Virus record (IMG/VR): IMGVR_UViG_3300017912_001009 | Coordinates: 25,816-89,815 of that record | Length of the DNA stretch: 64,000 nucleotides | Origin: a virus | Lineage: Duplodnaviria > Caudoviricetes | Reading direction: 5' to 3' (one strand) | Shown: positions 17,109-26,102 of the stretch, piece by piece | Layout of the letters: each line of letters opens with the position of its first letter | How positions within the stretch are numbered: position 1 is the first letter of the stretch | Program-made: the position numbers and the translations under genes | The notes under the pieces: generated by a model | The model's input: the letters and a program-made list of their open reading frames with translations, nothing else | Databases searched by the model: none | Told to the model about the DNA's origin: nothing

Positions 17109-19988
17109 TCACCTGAAGTTCGCTTTGAGGAAATAGACCCCCTCTTGTGGAATACCGTACTTAGTCCCAATATTACTCATTGAGTCTAGTTCCTTGACAA
17201 CCTTCTCTACTTCCATAGCAGACATGTCTACATTGTACTTGTCGTTCATCAGGTCTATCGCCTCTGAAACCGCATCGTAGTTTTCTATATTGGACATGCC
17301 ATAGTAAATCGGCTTTCCTAGCATCTTCCTGATTTCATCGTGAGCCTTGAGAATCAATGTCTGTTCCTCGGACTTCGTTATCTTCAAGTCCGTTTCTGCT
17401 TGTACTATGTTTCCAATCAGCCGTTCTGAACCCTTGACCTTATCCTTGTATGTCTCCTTATTGGATATGAGATGATTGAGAACTGCCTCAAATGGATATA
17501 CCTTGCTTGCCTCATAATCCTTAGCCCACTCGCTCGTTGGTTTCTTACTTCCTCCTAGCCCGAACTCTTTGGCATCCAAGCCTGACTCATCGAATATATT
17601 GTGCAAGAAGTTTCCAAACTCCACATTGACTGCATTGGTTATCTCACCGTCATAGATGTCATCTATCTCATCTGCTAGTTTCTTGGTTGTCTGCAATAAC
17701 TCATTTTGCTTTGACCCTACATTCAGGCCAGTCAGCAGTTGGGAGAAGTCTCGTATATTCTCTATTTGACCTAGACTCAGACTGAACTCATTGCTCTCCA
17801 TCCTTAGAAGTGCTATAAGAGGACTCACCTCTGCATTAGTCTCCATCGCTATGTTTTCAATAGGGCGACTACCAACCTTCTCAATAAACTCAAGTGGTAT
17901 GTCTGATGGTTTGAACTTACTCCTACTAGGCTCTATGTAGAAATTTACTATCGCTTTTATTAGGTCTTCAAACTTATCACCTATATTCAGTCTGTTCAGT
18001 TCCTTGATGTGAGTAAGCCCTGCTCCTGCTCTACCGAATGAGGCTCTAGGAGAACGTGCTTCTCTCATAGTCTCACCTTCCTTCGTTTTCCTCTCCTGTT
18101 GTCCAAGACCAACACTGCCAGCCTTTGAGCGTCTTTCAAAATCAGTGCCGAACTCTATGAACTCGTTGACTGTTTCCAAATACTTCTGAATTCTTTCGTG
18201 AACCTTAGCATCATCATCTGAAGTTCTACCTAGTTCCTTCATCACTGGAAGATACAATTCCCTTACCGAACCAACTTCCATTTGCTGCAAGTCCTTTATG
18301 TGACTCTCCAAGCGAGGTATCAAGTCACCCATATCGATGATAACAAGACCAGTCTTCATCCTTCTTTCGATTTCACGCAACTGCTTCTTTAACGATGCTC
18401 CTGCGACTAACGCTCCTGTGTCATCCCTCTCTGCTGCGTAGGCATATAGAGGGTCTACCTTTATCTTTGAGAATGAGTTTATCTTATCCTTCAACTCATC
18501 TTCACTATCTAAGTTCTCTAATTCGTCAACCATTGCACCATAGTCACTCATTGGTATTTCGTCTATGGTCTTCTTGTCTTCGTCAAGCATTGTGATATCT
18601 GCTTTTGGTAATTGTGCATTCTCTTTCAAGAACTCCATTAGAAGTGAGATGGCCTTGTCTTCTATGTTGGCTATGTCTTCAATCTCCACTCTTTCGTAAA
18701 GGGCAATGTAATTCAACTCCTCAACCTTGAAAGCAACAAACTCATCAAAGACCTTCTTCAACTCAGAAGAATACTCATCGCTGATTTGGTCAATGGCATC
18801 CTTGAAGGCATTGTGTGCTTCCTTGAAATCCTCAAACTCAGAGTTTATTTTCTTCCAATAGTTGTAGATTTCTTGTCTTCTCTTTCTGTCCTTGGTATCT
18901 ACTCTGCCCATTATCTCAGAAGCCCTTAGTGTGGAGATGCTATACCTTCCCTTGCCCTCTGTCTTCTTCTGCCCTAATTCCTTAAGCATCGTTTTGAATG
19001 GATACATGATAGGAATCAGATACTCAGGTATCGAAGTATCCAGAATCTTAATTGCTCTGTCGGTGTCCATTTTGTCGAAGCCCAATCTGATATTCTTCTT
19101 GACATAGTTCTCCCATGCTCTATTCCTAGTTAGTGTCCTTTTCGGACTGCGAAACTTATCGAAGTAAAACTTGACTATCTTCTCATCCAAGGGTTCTCCC
19201 CTTAGTCTGAACAACCCTAGTATGTCTAGCAAGTCCTTGTCCTGCTTGACATTGTTCACCACTTCAGAGGCAGTCATCTTGACTCTCTCTGAGTCACCTG
19301 CTTCCGACACTGCCTCAAACCCTAGAGTCATTACCTCCTCTAGAAGCGGCTTTCTCTTTCTTGCTGGAATCTGCTTGAAACTTGGGAACTTCTTTTCTAC
19401 CTCATCTGTGACATCCTCTAGAACTGCTCTAGGTTTCTTCGTTGTTCCATCTGCATTTAGAATGAGCCTACCTTGAAGGTTCTTCCCCCTCATTATCGCA
19501 ATGTCGCTAGAGCCTCTAGAGTTTGACTTACTCTGCAAGTAGACGTAAAGCACATCATCGGGGAAGGCTTTCATGTCACGCAGTTTCAACTTCTCGGTGA
19601 CTTTTCCTTTAGGTGCAGGGGCTTCTCCTATCTCCTGCTTGAGCCTAGCAATCGCCTCCTCCTTGTTGAACTTAGCAGGTACTGGCTCTTCTATCTCGAC
19701 TTCTTTTTCTTCAAACTCTCTAGTTTCAGGGTTATACTCGCTTCTCTTGACTTTCTTTTTCTTTTGAGTGTATTTCTCAACTCCCCTTCTCTTCAGTTCT
19801 GCTATGACTTCCTTATACGTCATCTCATCAGGATTCAGTCGCTCTGCAATTGTCGAGTCAGTAGTCTTAGGATTACCTTGCTCATCGAAGTGTTCAGCGT
19901 TCAACCTATCCATGTATGCTTCAAGAGCATCCTCGCCACCTTCCATGAGGAAAGAAAACGCCCTGTTCAAATCGACTTCGGGCTTCAT
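17109..19988 (-). CDS. Large helical hypothetical protein (about 960 aa), putative internal virion protein
   Basis: Long ORF in late module; N-terminal HeH/SAP-like MTYKEVIAELKRRGV; no enzyme motif seen. Confidence 0.7.
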   Translation of the reverse strand: MKPEVDLNRAFSFLMEGGEDALEAYMDRLNAEHFDEQGNPKTTDSTIAERLNPDEMTYKEVIAELKRRGVEKYTQKKKKVKRSEYNPETREFEEKEVEIEEPVPAKFNKEEAIARLKQEIGEAPAPKGKVTEKLKLRDMKAFPDDVLYVYLQSKSNSRGSSDIAIMRGKNLQGRLILNADGTTKKPRAVLEDVTDEVEKKFPSFKQIPARKRKPLLEEVMTLGFEAVSEAGDSERVKMTASEVVNNVKQDKDLLDILGLFRLRGEPLDEKIVKFYFDKFRSPKRTLTRNRAWENYVKKNIRLGFDKMDTDRAIKILDTSIPEYLIPIMYPFKTMLKELGQKKTEGKGRYSISTLRASEIMGRVDTKDRKRRQEIYNYWKKINSEFEDFKEAHNAFKDAIDQISDEYSSELKKVFDEFVAFKVEELNYIALYERVEIEDIANIEDKAISLLMEFLKENAQLPKADITMLDEDKKTIDEIPMSDYGAMVDELENLDSEDELKDKINSFSKIKVDPLYAYAAERDDTGALVAGASLKKQLREIERRMKTGLVIIDMGDLIPRLESHIKDLQQMEVGSVRELYLPVMKELGRTSDDDAKVHERIQKYLETVNEFIEFGTDFERRSKAGSVGLGQQERKTKEGETMREARSPRASFGRAGAGLTHIKELNRLNIGDKFEDLIKAIVNFYIEPSRSKFKPSDIPLEFIEKVGSRPIENIAMETNAEVSPLIALLRMESNEFSLSLGQIENIRDFSQLLTGLNVGSKQNELLQTTKKLADEIDDIYDGEITNAVNVEFGNFLHNIFDESGLDAKEFGLGGSKKPTSEWAKDYEASKVYPFEAVLNHLISNKETYKDKVKGSERLIGNIVQAETDLKITKSEEQTLILKAHDEIRKMLGKPIYYGMSNIENYDAVSEAIDLMNDKYNVDMSAMEVEKVVKELDSMSNIGTKYGIPQEGVYFLKANFR

Positions 19989-21841
19989 TGACCTACCCCC
20001 TGTGATATCTGAATCCAAATCGCAGGTTCTACAAAGCCGCCATCGGGACTAGGTATCTTAGTACCCATGACCTTGCCCTCTGCACTGATGTCCTTCATTC
20101 TATTCTTTACGTTGTCAAGGAATGCTCTCCTTACTTTAGGATACATTTCGATAACTAACTTCTTGAAATCTTCACTGCTTATACTTCCTTCTTTCAAATC
20201 CTCTTCATCTATCTCAGTCTCATACTCACCGAAGAACTCACTCAATCTCTTCAGTGTGATGATAATCTTATCCAGTGTCCCATCGTTTGCTGGATTCTTA
20301 GATGGGGTTAGATTGTCACTTATCGTATCTTCAAGAATAGACCAAGCATCAGAGTTCTTCTCCTCCACGAAATATCTGAGTTTGGGTTTGTCTAAATCGA
20401 GAGATTGCATTCTGTTTGTCTTTCTATTGAGTCTCATATTTTCTAAAGCACCAATAACATCATCGATGTCTCCGACCTCTTCCTCAATATCATCCATATT
20501 CTCAAACTTATCATTGATTCCTAGTTTCTTTATGGCTGCTGTGAAGTTCTTTGCGGAGTCATCCTCTAGTGCTTCGACCAACTCATTCCTTATCTCTTCG
20601 GTCATAGCGTTGCTTGTGTCACCCGATACCTCTGCCATCACTTCTTTGAATGCGGCATTCGCATCCTCGTCTGCCTTGATATCTGCAAACATTCTTCTCT
20701 TTGCTTGGTTGCCCTTTCTTGAGAGACTGTCATACTTGTTTCTGTTGTCTTCCCTGAGTTTGATTCTCTTTTCTTTCTCCTCATCGGACTCGCCTTTAGG
20801 CCCAAACCAATTCTCTATGTCTTCCTTGTACTTATCGTAAATGACGCTTATGCTTGGCTCGTCTATTATTTCGTCTATTATCTTCCGCAAGGCTCTTTCC
20901 TCTACGTTACTGCGCTTCTTGTAGGATGTCGGAATTGCAGATTGATTCAACTCTTCGTTTTCTAGTATGAATTCCAAGGCAGGTGACAGCACCCTAGTCC
21001 CGAACAATATCAGAGTCCCGGAGTCTGTGTTATCAGTGATGAACGCCCTCTTCTTATCTCTGACTGACGAGATGTTCATTATCTTCTTGATGTAGTCAAT
21101 CGCTATATCGTCACTGATGCTAGTCCCAATCTCTACTTGAGGCACACCACCTATCTTGAGAATCTTCTTGATTTCAACTAGTTCAGGATACTTGTCCTCT
21201 GCATCGCTTAGAATTGCTCTTCTCAGAGTCTTGTTCGTCTGTATGAATCTCCTCACTCTTTGGTTACTCGCATCTAACTTAGCAGCATACTTCTTCTTTC
21301 CTCTTCCTTGTAGGACTTTCAGGAGTTCTTCGTACTTCTTATTCTTGATGAAACTCTTTACATCAGCATCGAGATTGCCCCTGATGTTTCCTTGGCTGGT
21401 CTTCTTTGGTTTTATATCATTCAATCGAGCAATGACCTTATCGACATCATCCACAACTTCATCTTGTAACTTGAAATCTGTTCCTCCGATGTTCACGACT
21501 TCCCCTTGGAGGAGTTTCTTGGCTTTCTGAACATTCCTAATTGTGTAATTATCTAAACCGTCTTTCGTAAACTCCGCCCAAGTATCATCATTAGACGCTG
21601 CTTGCCAAATCTCAAACGTTGGTGTGCCTCGCTTTACTGGAAAGTCCTTCACTTCCTGTTTGCCGAAATCGAAGAGATTCGCATTCTTCGTCTTTGCAGA
21701 CTCCTTCTGTCTCTCTAACTTTCTTTTTCGGTCTCTGTGAAACTTCGCTCTCTTACCTGACTTGTCCCACGTTCCCATTACTGGCTTTTCAACTGGTTTA
21801 GGGCCAGTTTTCTTTTCCTTGAGAACGTCTTGCCAACTCAT
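19985..21841 (-). CDS. Large tagged protein (MSWQDVLK), putative internal virion protein
   Basis: ATG 21841 behind GGAGA RBS; charged and helical. Confidence 0.7.
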   Translation of the reverse strand: MSWQDVLKEKKTGPKPVEKPVMGTWDKSGKRAKFHRDRKRKLERQKESAKTKNANLFDFGKQEVKDFPVKRGTPTFEIWQAASNDDTWAEFTKDGLDNYTIRNVQKAKKLLQGEVVNIGGTDFKLQDEVVDDVDKVIARLNDIKPKKTSQGNIRGNLDADVKSFIKNKKYEELLKVLQGRGKKKYAAKLDASNQRVRRFIQTNKTLRRAILSDAEDKYPELVEIKKILKIGGVPQVEIGTSISDDIAIDYIKKIMNISSVRDKKRAFITDNTDSGTLILFGTRVLSPALEFILENEELNQSAIPTSYKKRSNVEERALRKIIDEIIDEPSISVIYDKYKEDIENWFGPKGESDEEKEKRIKLREDNRNKYDSLSRKGNQAKRRMFADIKADEDANAAFKEVMAEVSGDTSNAMTEEIRNELVEALEDDSAKNFTAAIKKLGINDKFENMDDIEEEVGDIDDVIGALENMRLNRKTNRMQSLDLDKPKLRYFVEEKNSDAWSILEDTISDNLTPSKNPANDGTLDKIIITLKRLSEFFGEYETEIDEEDLKEGSISSEDFKKLVIEMYPKVRRAFLDNVKNRMKDISAEGKVMGTKIPSPDGGFVEPAIWIQISQGVGQ

Positions 21842-22494
21842 TGTAACTTCTCCTGCATCTTGTCCCTTACATCCAACCAAACTTCAGGATGGTTCTGTGC
21901 TAGAACCTCCTTGATGACCTGCATCTGATGAACGATGATAGTGTCTTGCCTCTTATGCACCAGTTTGCCCTTGAATTCTAGCAAATACTTCAGAGACTCA
22001 CGAACTTCCTTCGCTAATTTCGTCAAAGAGTCGATATATTTCGGGTCTGTTGAGTCTTCAGCAAAAAGTGTATCAATTTTTTGCTCCAATCTCTGAACAT
22101 TCACACTCAGAGTCTCGATTTCGTCAACTTCTCTAGTTGCAATCAGGTTTGCAGCAGATTGTTGGACAATTGGCTGAAGATGTTTATCCATATGTCGCAT
22201 AACTTGAGCCTCAGAGCAGTTTAGCATCTTCCCGACTGCCGAAGGAGTCACTTCTCCGGCATGAAGTTCCGCTTCTATCTCATGTCTCATGGGACTTGTG
22301 CAGATATTGCAACTAGGATTGGCAGATTCCACATATCCGCCCATGTGATTCCTCTGATGCTTCGCTGTTGTGCCGCTTTTCCAGTTCATTTGTTGGTCGA
22401 GAGCGTCTGCTGTGTAATTCATGGCTTCCAAATCAGCCTCAAGTTGACTTCTATCCTCATGCATACACAAAGGACAACGCTTTCTCGTAATCAT
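21838..22494 (-). CDS. Terminase small subunit candidate (duplicated CxxC-HTH-HxxxH plus coiled coil)
   Basis: CPLC..HQRNH and CNIC..RHMDKH repeats enclosing HTHs, then oligomerisation-type helices; upstream of terL. Confidence 0.55.
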   Translation of the reverse strand: MITRKRCPLCMHEDRSQLEADLEAMNYTADALDQQMNWKSGTTAKHQRNHMGGYVESANPSCNICTSPMRHEIEAELHAGEVTPSAVGKMLNCSEAQVMRHMDKHLQPIVQQSAANLIATREVDEIETLSVNVQRLEQKIDTLFAEDSTDPKYIDSLTKLAKEVRESLKYLLEFKGKLVHKRQDTIIVHQMQVIKEVLAQNHPEVWLDVRDKMQEKLQ

Positions 22495-22593
22495 ACCCAC
22501 TCAAATCCAACAATTGGTGAAGCAATACGGGCAACAAGTACCCACTGCCATGTTCTCGACATTCACCTTTCTTATTCCTCTACACTTCATCTA

Positions 22594-23697
22594 TTACACC
22601 GCCTTGATAATTTCTCTCCAATCCGAAAAATCCTGCTTTTCTACCTTCTCTTCTGTTTTCTTGTTCTTGAAACCAGCGATTTCTGCCATGTTCCTAAGTT
22701 GCCTTCTTGAAATCGAGAGATAGACATTATCCAAATCTAATTTTACCTTAGACCCTAACCATGCCAGTAGTTTCTCAGACTCAGCATCTGATAACTTGAA
22801 TGATATCTTCGCTGTTTTGCTTTTTTCATCTATGAGTTCTTTGTGAACCTTCCTGTCAAGGAAGTTACCGCTTCTCTCAAACGTATAGGCCGGGTCTCTC
22901 ACTTTGCTATCGAACCAACTTTTGAATGCACTAAGATTCTCGTAGACCCATTTTGCCGCAACTCCCCTCTTTGCTCCTCTCTCTAGTTTCTCTAGGCGAA
23001 GAGGCTTCTGAGGAGTATTGATGAACTCTGCCTTTGGAATTGCCTCAGTGAACTCCTTGCACAATTGAAGCAAACTAGGATGCTTGAAATCTAAACCTCC
23101 ATCACCGAACAATGCTTGCCAAACAGGGGGTTTTGCCTTTCCTGCTTTCGTGTTGTAATAATGAGAGGGAACACGCTCAACTGTCCTGTCTTTATGCCTT
23201 CTCTGAAACTTCACATACTTAGGTGTCCTGAAATCACCGAAGATATCCCTTCTTCCTAGAATCTTTCCCTGTTGGTCATAAGATGTGATATCGTTGAATT
23301 TTATATTGGCTGGATTAACCTTGGAGGTTGGGCTATTCATTGCGTCTTGCAAGTAAGTCTGCAAATCTGCAACTGCTTGAATCTGTGCTGGTGTGAAGAA
23401 CCCCTTCTTACCTGCGTTTTTCGCCTTAGCGAGATACTGTTGTAGAGGAGACTCTGCTGGTTTCTTGCTACCATCGGCTTGCGCTCTTCCAACCTTGCCC
23501 ATGTTGCCGATGAACTCCAAGATGTTAGTGCTTGTCCTACCAGTATTCAACTTGAACTTTCCAGCCGCTCTCTCCCAAGCCACATACTCGTCAGAGAAAT
23601 TAGGTAGTGCGTCAGGGTTTTTAGGCTCTACCACCAATTCGGGGGTAATTTCTACTTGGGAAGTCTTCTTTTTTACGTTTCTTTTTCCCTTTACCAC
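22594..23697 (-). CDS. Hypothetical basic protein with C-terminal tag FSDWREIIKAV
   Basis: ORF track. Confidence 0.65.
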   Translation of the reverse strand: MVKGKRNVKKKTSQVEITPELVVEPKNPDALPNFSDEYVAWERAAGKFKLNTGRTSTNILEFIGNMGKVGRAQADGSKKPAESPLQQYLAKAKNAGKKGFFTPAQIQAVADLQTYLQDAMNSPTSKVNPANIKFNDITSYDQQGKILGRRDIFGDFRTPKYVKFQRRHKDRTVERVPSHYYNTKAGKAKPPVWQALFGDGGLDFKHPSLLQLCKEFTEAIPKAEFINTPQKPLRLEKLERGAKRGVAAKWVYENLSAFKSWFDSKVRDPAYTFERSGNFLDRKVHKELIDEKSKTAKISFKLSDAESEKLLAWLGSKVKLDLDNVYLSISRRQLRNMAEIAGFKNKKTEEKVEKQDFSDWREIIKAV

Positions 23698-23815
23698 GCT
23701 TCTTTCCTCCCCCGTAACTTATGTTGAACAACGCCTGTGTCCCGGAGGAGGTTGATGTAACTGCGCCCTCCGCTCGCAGGATATTAAACCAAGAAGATTC
23801 GTATGGTGATGACAC
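23621..23815 (-). CDS. Small basic tagged protein (SWFNILR)
   Basis: K-rich tail; overlaps next gene by 77 nt. Confidence 0.45.
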   Translation of the reverse strand: MSSPYESSWFNILRAEGAVTSTSSGTQALFNISYGGGKKRGKGKKKRKKEDFPSRNYPRIGGRA

Positions 23816-23880
23816 AACCTGAACCTCCTGAATATACTGTGGACAATAAACATTGTTCTAAAATCGTTTGGTTGACGAAT

Positions 23881-24417
23881 TTAGAATTGGCCTTGTACGA
23901 CACTCGACTGAGGCTTGTCTTCAATGAACCGTCTTGCTCTGTTATCCTTGAATCTAGTCATTGGATTGACTCTCCTAAGTGCGTTCATGAAACCGCCTCT
24001 TTGTTGCCTTGCTTGGAATTGTCTTGGGTCAGTCATTTTCTTTCCTTCAAATCTTGCAGTCTTAGGAATGCGAACAGTCATGTCCTTACCCATGAAAGAG
24101 CCTTTTGCCTCATAACCTGCCTTTCTGAAAACCTGCTGCAACTTTGCCTTGATTCTATTTGGGTCTCCTCCTAATCTTCTGATTTGGTCTCGACCAACAA
24201 CAAACGTGTCTCCTTGAGGGCCACTGTTAGCAGCATTGTTGTCAACTCTCAACTTGAACACTGGAAGTTGACCCATTTTTAGATTGCTTACTATGTTCGT
24301 AACGAATGGATTTATCTGCTTCTCTTGGAACTCCTCTATCTGAGCATTTATGGCTGCCTCATTTCCTTCTACACCAAACTTAGGCACTACCTTCAGAACC
24401 TCTGTCCAATCACTCAT
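23881..24417 (-). CDS. Tagged basic protein (MSDWTEVLK)
   Basis: ATG 24417. Confidence 0.65.
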   Translation of the reverse strand: MSDWTEVLKVVPKFGVEGNEAAINAQIEEFQEKQINPFVTNIVSNLKMGQLPVFKLRVDNNAANSGPQGDTFVVGRDQIRRLGGDPNRIKAKLQQVFRKAGYEAKGSFMGKDMTVRIPKTARFEGKKMTDPRQFQARQQRGGFMNALRRVNPMTRFKDNRARRFIEDKPQSSVVQGQF

Positions 24418-24443
24418 CGTTAATCCCATACCCCCTAAGTTAA

Positions 24444-24674
24444 TTATGATGTCGCTGCTGCATCAGAATAAAATCGCTTTTTGCACAAAGCACAAATCTC
24501 CCTTCCTTCAGGGTCTAAATCGCCTCTCATGAAATTCTTAGAGCCACACTTAGCACAAACCTTCTCTGCTTCTGCCTCTGTCTTAGGAACTTCAGGAGTT
24601 CTGCTTGCCATCCTGTCTCGCATTCGCATGTTGTATTCCAAAGGGTCGAGTTTTAGAACATCGAACCAACTCAT
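24444..24674 (-). CDS. Tagged zinc-finger protein (MSWFDVLK; CAKC..CALC)
   Basis: ATG 24674; two CxxC pairs. Confidence 0.65.
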   Translation of the reverse strand: MSWFDVLKLDPLEYNMRMRDRMASRTPEVPKTEAEAEKVCAKCGSKNFMRGDLDPEGREICALCKKRFYSDAAATS

Positions 24675-24679
24675 CTCAA

Positions 24680-24886
24680 TCACTTCGGTTCATGTGTGTA
24701 GATGTCTCCATCCTTGTGCATGAATATCTTGCCTTCCTTCTCCATGCTAGATAGAGCCTCTTTCAATTCATCCTCGTCAGCAAACTGCTTTAGGTTCTTC
24801 ATTCCCAAAGCACCACCTTCTTTCTCAATCTCCCGTAGAATTTTCGACTCAAGGGAATCTTCCTTTAGAATGTCTTTCCAACTCAT
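24680..24886 (-). CDS. Tagged winged-helix protein (MSWKDILK)
   Basis: KILREIEKEGGALGMKNL..LKEALSSMEKEGKIFMH wHTH pattern. Confidence 0.65.
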   Translation of the reverse strand: MSWKDILKEDSLESKILREIEKEGGALGMKNLKQFADEDELKEALSSMEKEGKIFMHKDGDIYTHEPK

Positions 24887-24947
24887 TTTCGATACACCTC
24901 TCCCTGATTGTATAACACATCGAAATCAAAAGAAGTGGTGTAAATCA

Positions 24948-25421
24948 TCAGTCGCATCTCCATAGTTCCTCATCTGAGATTAACTCATACTCGGACTCTA
25001 GCATGACATCCGACACATCGGCATACGATAATACTTCTGAATATCCAAGGGTCAGCAGGAAGCCAATTAACTCAGTTAGGTCTGTCTCTTCTATCGGTCT
25101 TAGAATCGCAATCTTAGGATAATGAGACAATCGTTGGTTTCTTCTATGTACCATCTCCTTCAGAATGCCATTCTTCCTATGTTTTGGTTTCACATAGTTG
25201 TTGCCTATGAAATACCAAGTTCCCATATCAGCAAATGAGGTGTGGGCCACAACTTCGTTATCTACGAACTTTCCAATAACGAATAGTCTCTCACAGATAT
25301 GCTCAGGATAACCCTTCTCCAAAGCAGTCAGGAATCCATCTCCCCACCGGGCCTGAATTTCGCTTTCTTTCAAAAAACCTGAGAACCATTCGCCCTTATC
25401 ATTGGTTTTAACAGGTAGCAA
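24948..25421 (-). CDS. GNAT-family acetyltransferase
   Basis: Motif A NYVKPKHRKNGI; preceding strands FVIGKF..EVVAHTSF. Confidence 0.7.
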   Translation of the reverse strand: MLPVKTNDKGEWFSGFLKESEIQARWGDGFLTALEKGYPEHICERLFVIGKFVDNEVVAHTSFADMGTWYFIGNNYVKPKHRKNGILKEMVHRRNQRLSHYPKIAILRPIEETDLTELIGFLLTLGYSEVLSYADVSDVMLESEYELISDEELWRCD

Positions 25422-25522
25422 TATGTTTATCCCCTTCTTTTTTCAAAAAATGGGCTGGAATTTTTTTGGCACTAGCAAATTATTTTTCCTCCTTTTCTTT
25501 CCATTCCCAAGATAAGACTTTA

Positions 25523-25744
25523 TCATTCGTCAGTTGTATAGTCTGTAAGCGTTGTTTGTCTGTATATCTTCTTATTTATTTCTTTAATTAACTCTGTAAC
25601 GCCCGATTTTATTAATTTCATTTTAATGTGTAAATCCTTTGGCAGCGTACCCGAATTTTGTAAATTGTCTATCTCTTTCACAATCTCTCTTTGTAACTTA
25701 CCTGCTTTTTCCAACATTTCTTTTAGGTGTTCATCATTGACCAT
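25523..25744 (-). CDS. Small coiled-coil protein with C-terminal PIP-box-like motif
   Basis: RQTTLTDY fits Q-x-x-L-x-x-aromatic. Confidence 0.55.
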   Translation of the reverse strand: MVNDEHLKEMLEKAGKLQREIVKEIDNLQNSGTLPKDLHIKMKLIKSGVTELIKEINKKIYRQTTLTDYTTDE

Positions 25745-25814
25745 AGCAGATAATCCGATAACCCCTCAGTAAATGAATATTAACTTTGAAGATTAAAAAA
25801 CAACAGGAAAAAAA

Positions 25815-25900
25815 TTTTGGCATATGGTTGGATAAAAAATTGTTAGCATATGGTAGTATAACTTTGTAAAGCGTAGCGATGCTACCTCAATAACTGAGGA
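25815..25900 (+). repeat. Inverted, degenerate copy of the promoter-cassette element
   Basis: CATATGGT at 25821 and 25847, then ACTTTG..AGCGTAGCG..CTACCTCA, colinear with the minus-strand copy at 27049-27090. Confidence 0.6.
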
Positions 25901-26071
25901 GTCAGGACAGTGACAGTTGTTGCATACTAGTTGCATTCATATCCGATTCATTGCGTAGAGTATATTCCGGCTTCATCTACGACTTATGACGCTGTGCGAA
26001 GTAGTTATGTCGAACTAACTGTTTGTCCATCATCCCCAATTGTTCCCTTAAGGGGTGGAGTGTGAATGAGC

Positions 26072-26100
26072 AGTTTTAATTCCTGCTCAGGAACTTCTAC
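26072..26100 (-). terminator. Hairpin downstream of 26103..26846
   Basis: GAGCAG-TTTTAATTC-CTGCTC 6-bp stem within this span, just past the stop codon; coordinates approximate. Confidence 0.4.
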
Positions 26101-26102
26101 GT

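Noticed and set aside
1131-24965. Plus-strand ORFs opposite the structural module (e.g. 20067..20840, 3714..4172) and minus-strand ORFs opposite the replication genes and fibre
   Set aside because: S/F/L-rich antisense shadows of E/K/D-rich genes, without RBS or motifs.
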